From positions 24,310-88,309 of the forward strand of contig CAZMHF010000001.1 of assembly GCA_964566025.1 (NCBI GenBank): a stretch of 64,000 nucleotides of DNA. Reading direction: 5' to 3'. This document shows, piece after piece, positions 29,593 to 38,556 of this stretch (position 1 is the stretch's first letter; each line of letters opens with the position of its first letter). The translations under genes and the position numbers were made by a program. The DNA comes from an uncultured Lachnospiraceae bacterium. GTDB taxonomy: Bacteria > Bacillota > Clostridia > Lachnospirales > Lachnospiraceae. The notes below the pieces were generated by a model. It worked only from the letters and a program-made list of their open reading frames with translations. It was not told the DNA's origin and did no database searches.

Positions 29593-29775
29593 ATTTGCGA
29601 CTAACAAATGCATGAAATAGCAGTATAAAGGACGATATTTATTCAATCCAACTATTCGCTAAAGAATAGTTTAACGAATAGTTAATAGTGTAAAACACAT
29701 TCTTTTATTGTGTTTGTTCGTATTGACTGTTATAATAGCGTTAAGTCACATCATTAAAGGAAATACTATTTTATT

Positions 29776-30525
29776 ATGAATCTTCAACTTTTATATAGCT
29801 ATACACGAAAAGCAATTGATACATTTCATATGATTGAGGAAAACGACAAAATTGCAATTGGAATTTCTGGTGGTAAAGATTCCTTAACCTTACTTTATGC
29901 ACTTGCTGGCTTACGTAGATTTTATCCAAAGAAATTCGATTTGTATGCTGTTACTGTGAATTTAGGTTTCCCTACAACTGAACAAGGCATTTCATTTCAA
30001 GAGGGATTTAAACCAATCAAGCAATTATGCGCGGATTTAGATGTTCACTATACGATTGTGGATACACAAATATATGATATCGTCTTTACAGAGCGTTCTG
30101 AGAAAAATCCATGCTCATTATGCGCAAAAATGCGAAAAGGTGCTTTAAATGACGCAATGAATCAATTGGGGATCAATAAAATCGCTTATGCACACCATAA
30201 AGATGATATTATTGAAACATTAATGATGTCCTTGATTTTTGAAGGTAGAATTCATACATTTGCCCCCGTTACCTATTTAGACCGTACAGATTTAACAGTT
30301 ATTAGGCCTCTTATGTATGTTACAGAGCAAGACGTGATATCGTTTAAAGATTCATACAAGCTCCCCGTATTTAAAAGTCCTTGTCCCGCCAATGGATATA
30401 CCAAACGAGAATATGCAAAAAAACTGATTTCTGATATACAAAATGAAAGCAATACCGCCAAAAACTGTATGTTTACAGCGATTTTAAAGAGCAATATTAA
30501 AGGGTATGAGGATATTCACCCCTAA
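29776..30525 (+). CDS. PP-loop ATPase, TtcA-like tRNA thiolation enzyme
   Basis: SGGKDS PP-loop, CSLCAKMRKG and PCP cysteine motifs, 249 aa. Confidence 0.7.
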   Translation: MNLQLLYSYTRKAIDTFHMIEENDKIAIGISGGKDSLTLLYALAGLRRFYPKKFDLYAVTVNLGFPTTEQGISFQEGFKPIKQLCADLDVHYTIVDTQIYDIVFTERSEKNPCSLCAKMRKGALNDAMNQLGINKIAYAHHKDDIIETLMMSLIFEGRIHTFAPVTYLDRTDLTVIRPLMYVTEQDVISFKDSYKLPVFKSPCPANGYTKREYAKKLISDIQNESNTAKNCMFTAILKSNIKGYEDIHP

Positions 30526-30545
30526 GTTGATGAAAGGAGCAAATA

Positions 30546-31595
30546 ATGGCCGAACTTACTTATAAAGATCAGATGGATCGCCAAAATACAGAAAAATTGC
30601 GCGAATTATTGGCGCCATTACCTCCTTATGTAAAAGACTTTTTTCGTGGTATTGAATACCGCACAGCATCACGCACGCGTATTGCATATGCTTATGATTT
30701 AACTATTTTTTATACATTTTTATCAACCTCATCAAACTGCTTACAACACAAAGATATTCTTGATATCTCGCTAAGTGATTTAGAAAATTTATCTGCAGGC
30801 GATATATATGATTATATGGATTTTTTAAAGCTATACAAAAAAAATAATGATGAAAAAAGCAATCAAGAACGTGGTGTTATGCGAAAGCTTGCTTCACTAC
30901 GCTCATTTTATAATTATTATCTTCAATTAGAACGCATTGAAAAAAATCCGACGACATTGGTTCCACTTCCTAAATTGCATGATAAAACGATTATTCGATT
31001 AGATATTGATGAAATTGCACTGTTACTTGATCAAGTAGAGGGCGGAGAAAATTTAACCGAAAAACAAAAGGTTTATCATGAAAAAACACGTGTCAGAGAC
31101 TTGGCGTTAATTACATTATTGCTTGGCACAGGAATTCGAGTTTCAGAGTGTGTTGGATTGAATATTCAAGACGTTGATTTTAACAACTATTGCATCAAGG
31201 TGGTTCGAAAAGGTGGTAAAGAGGCATCTGTTTATTTCGGTGACGAAGTTTATGAGGCGCTACTCTTCTACCTCGAAGAACGCGAGAAAATAGCGGCCTT
31301 TCCGAGTGATGAACATGCATTATTTTTATCGCTACAAAAGAAACGATTATCCGTTCGCTCAGTAGAAAAATTAGTAAAAAAATATTCGATGATGGTTACA
31401 ACCTTTAAAAACATTACACCACATAAGCTTCGAAGTACCTTTGGTACTGCATTATATCAAGAAACAGGCGATATTTATCTTGTTGCAGATGCACTTGGGC
31501 ACAGTGATGTGAATACAACAAAGAAGCACTATGCAGCAATCGACGAGGATCGTCGAAAACGCGCAAGAAATGCCGTTAAGCTTCGTGAAGATTAA
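30546..31595 (+). CDS. tyrosine recombinase, Xer family (long form, 349 aa)
   Basis: Catalytic region LLLGTGIRVSE (Arg), HKLRSTF (H-x-x-R) and GHSDVNTTKKHY (His and Tyr), with a long N-terminal core-binding domain. Confidence 0.8.
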   Translation: MAELTYKDQMDRQNTEKLRELLAPLPPYVKDFFRGIEYRTASRTRIAYAYDLTIFYTFLSTSSNCLQHKDILDISLSDLENLSAGDIYDYMDFLKLYKKNNDEKSNQERGVMRKLASLRSFYNYYLQLERIEKNPTTLVPLPKLHDKTIIRLDIDEIALLLDQVEGGENLTEKQKVYHEKTRVRDLALITLLLGTGIRVSECVGLNIQDVDFNNYCIKVVRKGGKEASVYFGDEVYEALLFYLEEREKIAAFPSDEHALFLSLQKKRLSVRSVEKLVKKYSMMVTTFKNITPHKLRSTFGTALYQETGDIYLVADALGHSDVNTTKKHYAAIDEDRRKRARNAVKLRED

Positions 31596-31616
31596 CGGCA
31601 TGCATATTTTGTTTTA
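31571..31616 (+). terminator. possible weak terminator of the recombinase gene
   Basis: TGCCGTTAA (31571-31579) pairs with TTAACGGCA (31592-31600) around a 12-nt loop. A T-rich tract ATTTTGTTTTA follows. Confidence 0.35.
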
Positions 31617-31624
31617 TGTCTAAT
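31597..31624. other. dif-like 28-mer (candidate Xer recombination site)
   Basis: GGCATGCATAT-TTTGTT-TTATGTCTAAT compared with E. coli dif GGTGCGCATAA-TGTATA-TTATGTTAAAT gives 7/11, 3/6 and 9/11 identities. It fills the convergent gap at the strand-polarity switch. Confidence 0.3.
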
Positions 31625-32249
31625 CAATTAATTCAAGTTCTTTCATATACGCGATAATTACATCCGCTGTTTTATCCGTTCCAAGCTTAGAGCTATCAAT
31701 GCAAAGGTTATAGTTTTTGGGGTCTCCCCATTTTAGTCCTGTGTGATAACTATAATAACTTGCACGACGTTTATCCGATTTTGAAATCAAAGATTTCGCT
31801 TTATCAGCCGGATGTCCATAGTCATTTACCATATTATTGATTTTGTAATCTTGATTTGCGTGAATGAATATAGAAACAACATTTTTGTGCTCTGATAACG
31901 CATAATCTGCACAACGACCAATAATTACACAAGATTCTTGATCTGCTAGTCGTTTAATTGTCTCAAATTGTGCTAAAAACACCTTATGATTAAGTGGCAT
32001 ATCAAACATATTAGAGTTATTATAACTTAACGCATAAGTATCCATTACGAGCGAATAGATTAAACTATTTGCTTTTTTTTCGTCATGCTGTTCCATGATT
32101 TCTTCGCTCATTCCGCTTTCTTTTGCAGCGAGCGACAACAATTCTTTGTCATAACACTTAATGCCTAATTTTTGTGCCAGTAGTTGACCGATCATGCGAC
32201 CGCCACTTCCACTTTCTCTTGCAATTGTAATTACAAATTGTTTTGTCAT
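31620..32249 (-). CDS. cytidylate kinase-like family protein
   Basis: ITIARESGSGGRMIGQLLAQKLG P-loop-like N-terminus typical of the cytidylate-kinase-like family, 209 aa. Confidence 0.65.
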   Translation of the reverse strand: MTKQFVITIARESGSGGRMIGQLLAQKLGIKCYDKELLSLAAKESGMSEEIMEQHDEKKANSLIYSLVMDTYALSYNNSNMFDMPLNHKVFLAQFETIKRLADQESCVIIGRCADYALSEHKNVVSIFIHANQDYKINNMVNDYGHPADKAKSLISKSDKRRASYYSYHTGLKWGDPKNYNLCIDSSKLGTDKTADVIIAYMKELELID

Positions 32250-32261
32250 AATAAATCCCTC

Positions 32262-32804
32262 CTATTTTTTTGTTGTGCTTCCAATCCCACCATTTCGTAT
32301 AGTGGAAACGTCATCATCAATGGTAATCCCATATTGAATGAACAATCCTTGTATAAAACCTGCTCCCATAGGAAGCGTCACTGTTTCATTTTTGATTGAA
32401 TGGTTTGTTAATTTTACAAAAATGTGCCCTTCATTGTCTGAATTATAATAATCGCTATCAATAATGCCAACGGTATTATCCGCTTGTAAGCGATATTTAA
32501 AACCTAGGCTACTTCGTGGATAAATTTGCAGGACATAATCCTCTTCCATCCAAGCACGAATACCTGTTGGAATTTTTATGTTCTTACCAGGTTCAATGTG
32601 AAATGTCGCAGGTGCAAAAAAATCATAACCCGCACTACCACTTGTTGCACGTAACGGTAGGGAAATAGCATCGTAAATCGCCTTAATCGACAAGGCCGTA
32701 CAATCCTCTAAATAAAATACTATATCAGGAAATGTATCCATCCATGCTTTTTCAAATTCCGCATAGCTTACTTTTTCAAATCGAGCAATTCTTCTCATAG
32801 ACAC
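32262..32804 (-). CDS. dUTP diphosphatase-like protein
   Basis: SAGYDF, PRSSLG and GIIDSDY dUTPase motifs. Confidence 0.75.
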   Translation of the reverse strand: MSMRRIARFEKVSYAEFEKAWMDTFPDIVFYLEDCTALSIKAIYDAISLPLRATSGSAGYDFFAPATFHIEPGKNIKIPTGIRAWMEEDYVLQIYPRSSLGFKYRLQADNTVGIIDSDYYNSDNEGHIFVKLTNHSIKNETVTLPMGAGFIQGLFIQYGITIDDDVSTIRNGGIGSTTKK

Positions 32805-33784
32805 TCCTCTTCTACTTCAAAAGGATAAGAAATATTCCATGCTTTACGAAGTGCATCCATCTGCTCCATCACAGAGAGAATTTGTGCGTGAGTAACACTG
32901 GTACACTCGATTTCGCCATTTTCAATCTGTTGAAAGGATTCGAGCACTTGGTATTCAAACCCCGTAATTTGTTGAGGAGCTTTTTCTTGAAGAATTATTT
33001 GTCCATTTTTATAAACTGTAAACCCTTCGAAGTTATTGATATTATCCATAACAACATAGCCTTTTGTTCCGTAAATGATACCTTGTTTTGTCGTTTCTGA
33101 TAAAGAAGTATTTAGTAATAGAGCAAGTGCTTGGTTTTTATATTTTATCGTGATGGCACTTTGTGAATCCACACCCGTCGTAAATTTAGTAGAATATCCA
33201 CTTAGTTCTTCTATTTCATCTCCTAAAATCATCGAGGAAAAATGCAAGCAATACACACCTAAATCAAGTAAAGCGCCACCTGCTAGTGCAGGATCTTGCA
33301 CACGTGGGACATCTGAAATCGGATATCCTAAATTAGCGGTAAGGGATGTAATTTCTCCTATCATATCTTCTTCTAATAGTTTTCTAACAGTAAATAGCAA
33401 TGGCATATAGCGTGGCCAAATGGCTTCTGTAACAAATATTTTCTTTTCTTTTGATAAGGAAAGGATTTCTTTTGCTTGCTTAGCATTTGCCATAAACGCT
33501 TTTTCGCAAAGGATAGGTTTATTATGCAAAATACAAAGCTTGGCTTGTTCAAAATGGTGTGAATGTGGTGTAGCTATATACACCAAATCGACCTTGTCAT
33601 CTTTAACAAGATCTTCATAAGAACCATAATAATGTTGTACATGAAATTCTTCTGCAAACGCTTTCGCTTTATTGATATCGCGAGAAGCAATTGCATATAA
33701 TGTTACATCATCTAATTTGTTGATGGTATTTGCCATCATTGTGGCAATATTCCCTGCACCCATAATTGCAATATTTCTACTCAT
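32795..33784 (-). CDS. Gfo/Idh/MocA family oxidoreductase
   Basis: N-terminal Rossmann IAIMGAGNIA and the EKA motif (CEKAF). Confidence 0.85.
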   Translation of the reverse strand: MSRNIAIMGAGNIATMMANTINKLDDVTLYAIASRDINKAKAFAEEFHVQHYYGSYEDLVKDDKVDLVYIATPHSHHFEQAKLCILHNKPILCEKAFMANAKQAKEILSLSKEKKIFVTEAIWPRYMPLLFTVRKLLEEDMIGEITSLTANLGYPISDVPRVQDPALAGGALLDLGVYCLHFSSMILGDEIEELSGYSTKFTTGVDSQSAITIKYKNQALALLLNTSLSETTKQGIIYGTKGYVVMDNINNFEGFTVYKNGQIILQEKAPQQITGFEYQVLESFQQIENGEIECTSVTHAQILSVMEQMDALRKAWNISYPFEVEEECL

Positions 33785-33859
33785 ACAAATGACTCCTTAA
33801 CCGTAATTCATTAGTCATAGTATAGCACAAAAAGGATAAAGTATCAACGAAAGAGATAA

Positions 33860-34792
33860 CTATTGTCTTAAAATTTTTAATAGTTTTTCGAAATAGTCTG
33901 GCAATGGCGCATTTACTTCTAAGTATTCATGCGTTGTTGGATGAACAAAACCAATTACATAGGCATGCAATGTTTGCCCCGTTAAATTGAATTTTGATTT
34001 TAACGAGCAATATATATCGTCCCCCAATAATGGATGTCCGATATGTGCCATATGAACGCGAATTTGATGGGTTCTGCCCGTTTCTAGTTCGCACTCTATA
34101 AAATCATAGCCCTTAAGATGTTCAATGACACGATAGTGCGTAACGGCATTACGGCCATTTGCATAATTAACGGCCATTTTCTTTCGATCATGAAAGCTTC
34201 GTCCAATTGGCAAATCAATCGTTCCACTTTCTGATTTTAAATTCCCATGACAAATTGCATAATAACGCCTCGTCACCGTATGTTCTTTTAATAATTCGGC
34301 AACATATTTGTGGGCTACATCATTTTTGCATACAACAAGTGCCCCTGTCGTATTTTGATCAATACGATGGACAATTCCTGGCCTTAATACACCATTAATA
34401 CCCGATAGTTCATCCTTGCAATAATATAAAAGTGCATTCACTAATGTTCCTGTTTGATGCCCTGCTGAAGGGTGAACAACCATCTGTTTTGGTTTATCTA
34501 CAATAATAAAATCTCGATCTTCAAATAAAATAGATAATGGAATGTTTTCTGAAACAATATCTAATGGCATTGCACAAGGGACATCAATTTCTATCTGATC
34601 GCCTTCTGAAAGCTTTGTTCCAGCTTTTACACAAGGTTTATTGTTAATAATGACATTACCTTGCTTAATGATTTTTTGAAGATAGGATCGCGTACAATCT
34701 GGAACAACTGCGGCCAAAAACGAATCAATTCGTTCATCTTCATGAATAAAATCTACTTCAAAATTATAAGTGGGCATCCTCATCCTCTTCAT
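33860..34792 (-). CDS. rluD: 23S rRNA pseudouridine synthase RluD
   Basis: S4 domain RIDSFLA, catalytic HRIDQNTTGALVV, GRTHQIRVH. The start is uncertain among the Met codons at 34792, 34783 and 34777. Confidence 0.9.
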   Translation of the reverse strand: MKRMRMPTYNFEVDFIHEDERIDSFLAAVVPDCTRSYLQKIIKQGNVIINNKPCVKAGTKLSEGDQIEIDVPCAMPLDIVSENIPLSILFEDRDFIIVDKPKQMVVHPSAGHQTGTLVNALLYYCKDELSGINGVLRPGIVHRIDQNTTGALVVCKNDVAHKYVAELLKEHTVTRRYYAICHGNLKSESGTIDLPIGRSFHDRKKMAVNYANGRNAVTHYRVIEHLKGYDFIECELETGRTHQIRVHMAHIGHPLLGDDIYCSLKSKFNLTGQTLHAYVIGFVHPTTHEYLEVNAPLPDYFEKLLKILRQ

Positions 34793-35312
34793 TCTCGGTA
34801 ATTAACTCTTCTTTTTTTTGCTTGAAGAAAATCGCAAAATCATCTTCCTTGTAGACAAAAAGTAATAAAATCACAAGTAATACCAGTGATACCGTAATAT
34901 AAGAATCGGCTACATTGAAAATCGGAAAATCAATTAATTTGAAATATAGAAAGTCAATGACATAGCCTAGTCGAATACGGTCGATAAAATTGCCCATTGC
35001 ACCTGCTAGTAAAAATACTAATAAGCAATTGATTGGTCGATATTTTTTGTGTCCAATTAGTTTGTAAAAGAAAAAACTGATTAAACAAATTAAAACGCTT
35101 GTAGAAATAATAAAGAAAACGATTTGGTCTTGTAATATGCTAAAGGCAGCACCTCGATTTTCAGCGTAATGCAATTCAAAAACATTCTCCCATATCACGT
35201 AGGGGGATTTGTTTTTCAAATGCGTAATCGCTAGTATTTTTGTTATTTGATCAAGGGCAACAAGCACAATGAAACCGAGTAAGGCGATCAATAGGCTTTT
35301 GATTTTTTTCAT
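34764..35312 (-). CDS. lspA: lipoprotein signal peptidase II
   Basis: NRGAAFS, NFIDR and FNVADS motifs, four TM segments, conserved lspA-rluD pair. Confidence 0.93.
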   Translation of the reverse strand: MKKIKSLLIALLGFIVLVALDQITKILAITHLKNKSPYVIWENVFELHYAENRGAAFSILQDQIVFFIISTSVLICLISFFFYKLIGHKKYRPINCLLVFLLAGAMGNFIDRIRLGYVIDFLYFKLIDFPIFNVADSYITVSLVLLVILLLFVYKEDDFAIFFKQKKEELITENEEDEDAHL

Positions 35313-36418
35313 AGGAACTCCTTTTTGGTTAGATAGATAAGAGCATTTTTCATATCTGCTTGATTGATGTTCGTTGAAATCAAAGCTTCACCAATTTTAT
35401 TTAATAAAATATATTTGATTTTTCCAGCTTCCATTTTCTTATCAAGATACACGATTTTTAGAATTTCATCATAATCCCGTTCCGTAAGATCTTCAAGTTG
35501 AATCGGCAAATTAAATAAGGAAAATGTTTTTTCAATACGTTGCAAATCTTCCTGCGTAATCAAACCTTTTTGAAAAGAAATATAGGCGCTCGCAACACTT
35601 CCTAAACTAACACACTCTCCGTGTAAAAGAGTGAAATTATAATAACGCTCAATCGCATGACCTAGTGTATGACCAAAATTCAAAATGGCCCGCTCTCCCT
35701 TTTCAAATGGATCTTTTTCGACAACGTCTTTTTTTATAGAACAACTTTCAAAAATCACCTCTTGTAAACTTGCATAGTCTAACGCATTAATTAATGTAGC
35801 ATGATTCTCTAGTTTTTCAAAAAGCGATTCATCCTTGATAAGCCCCGTTTTAATTAATTCGCTTATTCCTGCACTAAATTCTCTCTTAGGCAACGAATGA
35901 AGTGTGGCTAAGTTCATATACACTAGTGAAGGCATATGGAACGCACCAATCATATTTTTATAGGCAAGATAATCAACACCAGTTTTTCCACCAATACTAC
36001 TATCCACTTGTGCCAATAATGTTGTAGGAATTTGAATAAAGCGAATCCCACGCAAATAAGTTGCTGCTACAAATCCCGTCATATCGCCGGTAACACCGCC
36101 ACCAAGTGCCACTAATATATCCTTACGGTCAAAGTGTTCATTGATTAAAAACTCATAAAAAGAAGTAATTGTCGTAAGATTTTTTTGTTCCTCTCCTGCT
36201 TCAAATACAAAATGACAAATATAACGACAACAGCTAGATAAGGCTTTGGTTACCGATTGCAAATACAATTTCGATACATTACTATCTGTTATAATACATA
36301 TTTTATCGCAGGATAACCCTGCTTCATTGAAAGCGATTGGTAATTGCTCAAAATGATTTTCATAATAAATTGAATAGGCTGGTTCTTGTTGAAATGAAAC
36401 ATTTAACACAGATGACAT
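35309..36418 (-). CDS. aroB: 3-dehydroquinate synthase
   Basis: GGGVTGDMTGF, VDSSIGGKTGV and GHTLGHAIE motifs. Confidence 0.9.
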   Translation of the reverse strand: MSSVLNVSFQQEPAYSIYYENHFEQLPIAFNEAGLSCDKICIITDSNVSKLYLQSVTKALSSCCRYICHFVFEAGEEQKNLTTITSFYEFLINEHFDRKDILVALGGGVTGDMTGFVAATYLRGIRFIQIPTTLLAQVDSSIGGKTGVDYLAYKNMIGAFHMPSLVYMNLATLHSLPKREFSAGISELIKTGLIKDESLFEKLENHATLINALDYASLQEVIFESCSIKKDVVEKDPFEKGERAILNFGHTLGHAIERYYNFTLLHGECVSLGSVASAYISFQKGLITQEDLQRIEKTFSLFNLPIQLEDLTERDYDEILKIVYLDKKMEAGKIKYILLNKIGEALISTNINQADMKNALIYLTKKEFL

Positions 36419-36439
36419 AAGGCATCCTCGACTTTCTAT

Positions 36440-37204
36440 TTATTGATATAACCAAATTCGCACGTAGAGGCGTTCTTTTTTTGTATGGTGAATAACATTT
36501 TCAAATTTGAACTTTCCAAACCCTCTTGTTGAAATGGTGTCGTTTTCTTTTAGTTGATAGGACGTATTCGTTTGAATTTGATGATTGACAAGGACTTTTT
36601 CTTGCAAAATTAAGTCTGTTGCTTTTGTACGACTCATATGATAGGCAAATGCAATGACAACATCTAATCTAAGCGAATGAATACTACCACTCTTTTCTTT
36701 TAAATTAGGCTTATAATCAGGTGTTGTTAATGTGTCTATAATGGTCGTTTTTATATTGGTGTGTTTTATTCGTACTAATTCATCTACGATAAAATCTGCT
36801 ATGCTTTCTAAGCAAAAGACATCACAATACGCTTCAAACACAAGTATATCACCGATCTTACCTCGGTCAATCCCTAAATTCAATAAAGCACCTAGGTAGT
36901 CGCGATGCGTTAGTTTCTCCATAAACTTCACTTGCAATGGTTCAATATGCAAAACGGAAATAGGGATAGCTAAATCGCCATAATCATAGGATGTATCTGG
37001 ATAAAACAATACCATTTTTCTTTCTGCAAATTCATAGCCACCATAACAGCGACATAACAAATCACCTTTTGAAACAGAACAAGCCAGGCTTTGTTCGTAT
37101 TCACTCAAAAAATCCGAATGCGTCATATACGAATGTAGCTTGGCTGTATTTTGCAAATCTTTAATATGATTAATAAAAAATAAATCTTCTTTTGATAGAA
37201 TCAT
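36440..37204 (-). CDS. ylmH: S4-domain RNA-binding protein YlmH
   Basis: C-terminal S4 domain (RLDVVIAFAYHMSRTKATDLI), positioned after sepF. Confidence 0.8.
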   Translation of the reverse strand: MILSKEDLFFINHIKDLQNTAKLHSYMTHSDFLSEYEQSLACSVSKGDLLCRCYGGYEFAERKMVLFYPDTSYDYGDLAIPISVLHIEPLQVKFMEKLTHRDYLGALLNLGIDRGKIGDILVFEAYCDVFCLESIADFIVDELVRIKHTNIKTTIIDTLTTPDYKPNLKEKSGSIHSLRLDVVIAFAYHMSRTKATDLILQEKVLVNHQIQTNTSYQLKENDTISTRGFGKFKFENVIHHTKKERLYVRIWLYQ

Positions 37205-37205
37205 G

Positions 37206-37826
37206 TTATTTTATGACATTTGAAAAACCGTCATTGTACTCTTTTTCATCAAAATCGCCTTCGATTTGGAAGTTGTTTGGTGCTAACAAAAATACGCCAT
37301 CAGCGATTTCTTTATTGCTGCCATTTAACGTATAACATCCACCGTTTGCAACATCGAAAATGCGTTGTGCTAAACCGCTAGGAACACCTGCTAAGATTAG
37401 CAATACCGCTGTTCCCTCTTGTAAATAATCAATGATTAGGCAAGCATCATTTAATGATGTTGGTACAATTCGACTAATGACTGGATTTTTAGTTTCTTTT
37501 GATGAAGTGTTTCCACGCATAGATAAAACCTTCCCTTCATTGTGTGTATTTTTTAGTTTCTTTGGATAATTCGTCTCTTTCATGGTTGGTGTTTGAACCA
37601 TTTTTGACGTTGAAGAACTCGGTTTCAATAAAACGGTCTCTTCACTAATCTCATCCTCACTATCATCATAGTCTTGATCGGAATTTGATTTATTCTTTTT
37701 AAAACTAGTTAATAATTTTCGAAAAGAAAATCGTCCTTCTTCAAAATCCTCATCTTCGTTATCATCTGTAAACGCTTCTAAGTCATCATCATCATATTCT
37801 GTAGCGTCAATATCCCAAAATGCCAT
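37206..37826 (-). CDS. sepF: cell division protein SepF
   Basis: Acidic disordered N-terminal half. C-terminal SepF domain (IIDYLQEGTAVLLIL, RIFDVANGGCY). Confidence 0.88.
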   Translation of the reverse strand: MAFWDIDATEYDDDDLEAFTDDNEDEDFEEGRFSFRKLLTSFKKNKSNSDQDYDDSEDEISEETVLLKPSSSTSKMVQTPTMKETNYPKKLKNTHNEGKVLSMRGNTSSKETKNPVISRIVPTSLNDACLIIDYLQEGTAVLLILAGVPSGLAQRIFDVANGGCYTLNGSNKEIADGVFLLAPNNFQIEGDFDEKEYNDGFSNVIK

Positions 37827-37854
37827 AGCTATCTCCTTTTATGTATCATACTAA

Positions 37855-38556
37855 TTAAATATTGTAATTTCGTTTTCCAAATATATCTGTTCCGATGCGT
37901 ATCATGGTTGCCCCTTCTTCTATAGCAACTTGATAATCATTGCTCATTCCCATTGACAGAATTTGCATACTAGTATTATCGTTGTTTTGAGCCATTATGT
38001 CAACCGATAATTTTTTCATTTTTTTAAAAATCAAACGATTATCTTCTGGATTATCAACAAATGGCGCAATCGTCATAAGACCTTTGATATGTAAGTTTGA
38101 TAATTGAGAAATTTCACGACAAGCAGCATCTATTTCACTTATCGTAAATCCATATTTTGTTTCTTCGTTTGCCATATTAACTTCAAGTAAAATATCTGTA
38201 CAAATATTTTGTTTTTGGGACTCTTTTTGAATGATCATGGCCAATTTTAAGCTATCAACTGAATGAATGAGTTTTGTTTTCCCAATAATGCTCTTTACTT
38301 TATTGGTTTGCAAATGTCCAATCAAATGCCATTCGATAGGCACACTGTTTTGGTCGAAATACAATTTTTTTTGTAATAATTCTTGTACTTTATTCTCACC
38401 AAAAGCAATTTGTCCCGTGCTTAAAGCTTCTTCAATCGAAGCGGTTGGGTATGTTTTGCTAACAGCAATTAAGGTGATTTCATTAGGATCTCTTTTGCTT
38501 TTTTTGCACGCATTTTCAATGTTTTCGTGAATTAATCTTAGGTTTTCAGTAATCAT
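37855..38556 (-). CDS. yggS: PLP homeostasis protein YggS/YlmE
   Basis: LIAVSKT PLP-lysine motif, HLIGHLQTNK, SMGMS. Confidence 0.92.
   Translation of the reverse strand: MITENLRLIHENIENACKKSKRDPNEITLIAVSKTYPTASIEEALSTGQIAFGENKVQELLQKKLYFDQNSVPIEWHLIGHLQTNKVKSIIGKTKLIHSVDSLKLAMIIQKESQKQNICTDILLEVNMANEETKYGFTISEIDAACREISQLSNLHIKGLMTIAPFVDNPEDNRLIFKKMKKLSVDIMAQNNDNTSMQILSMGMSNDYQVAIEEGATMIRIGTDIFGKRNYNI

Noticed and set aside
30546-31595. The tyrosine recombinase as the integrase of a mobile element or prophage boundary.
   Set aside because: Both flanks are housekeeping genes. There are no phage, conjugation or cargo genes, no adjacent tRNA and no flanking direct repeats. A chromosomal Xer-type role fits better.
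35309-36418. aroB isolated from other shikimate genes as a possible anomaly.
   Set aside because: The motifs are intact and the gene is embedded in a continuous operon-like block. Scattered aro genes are common, so this is not informative on its own.
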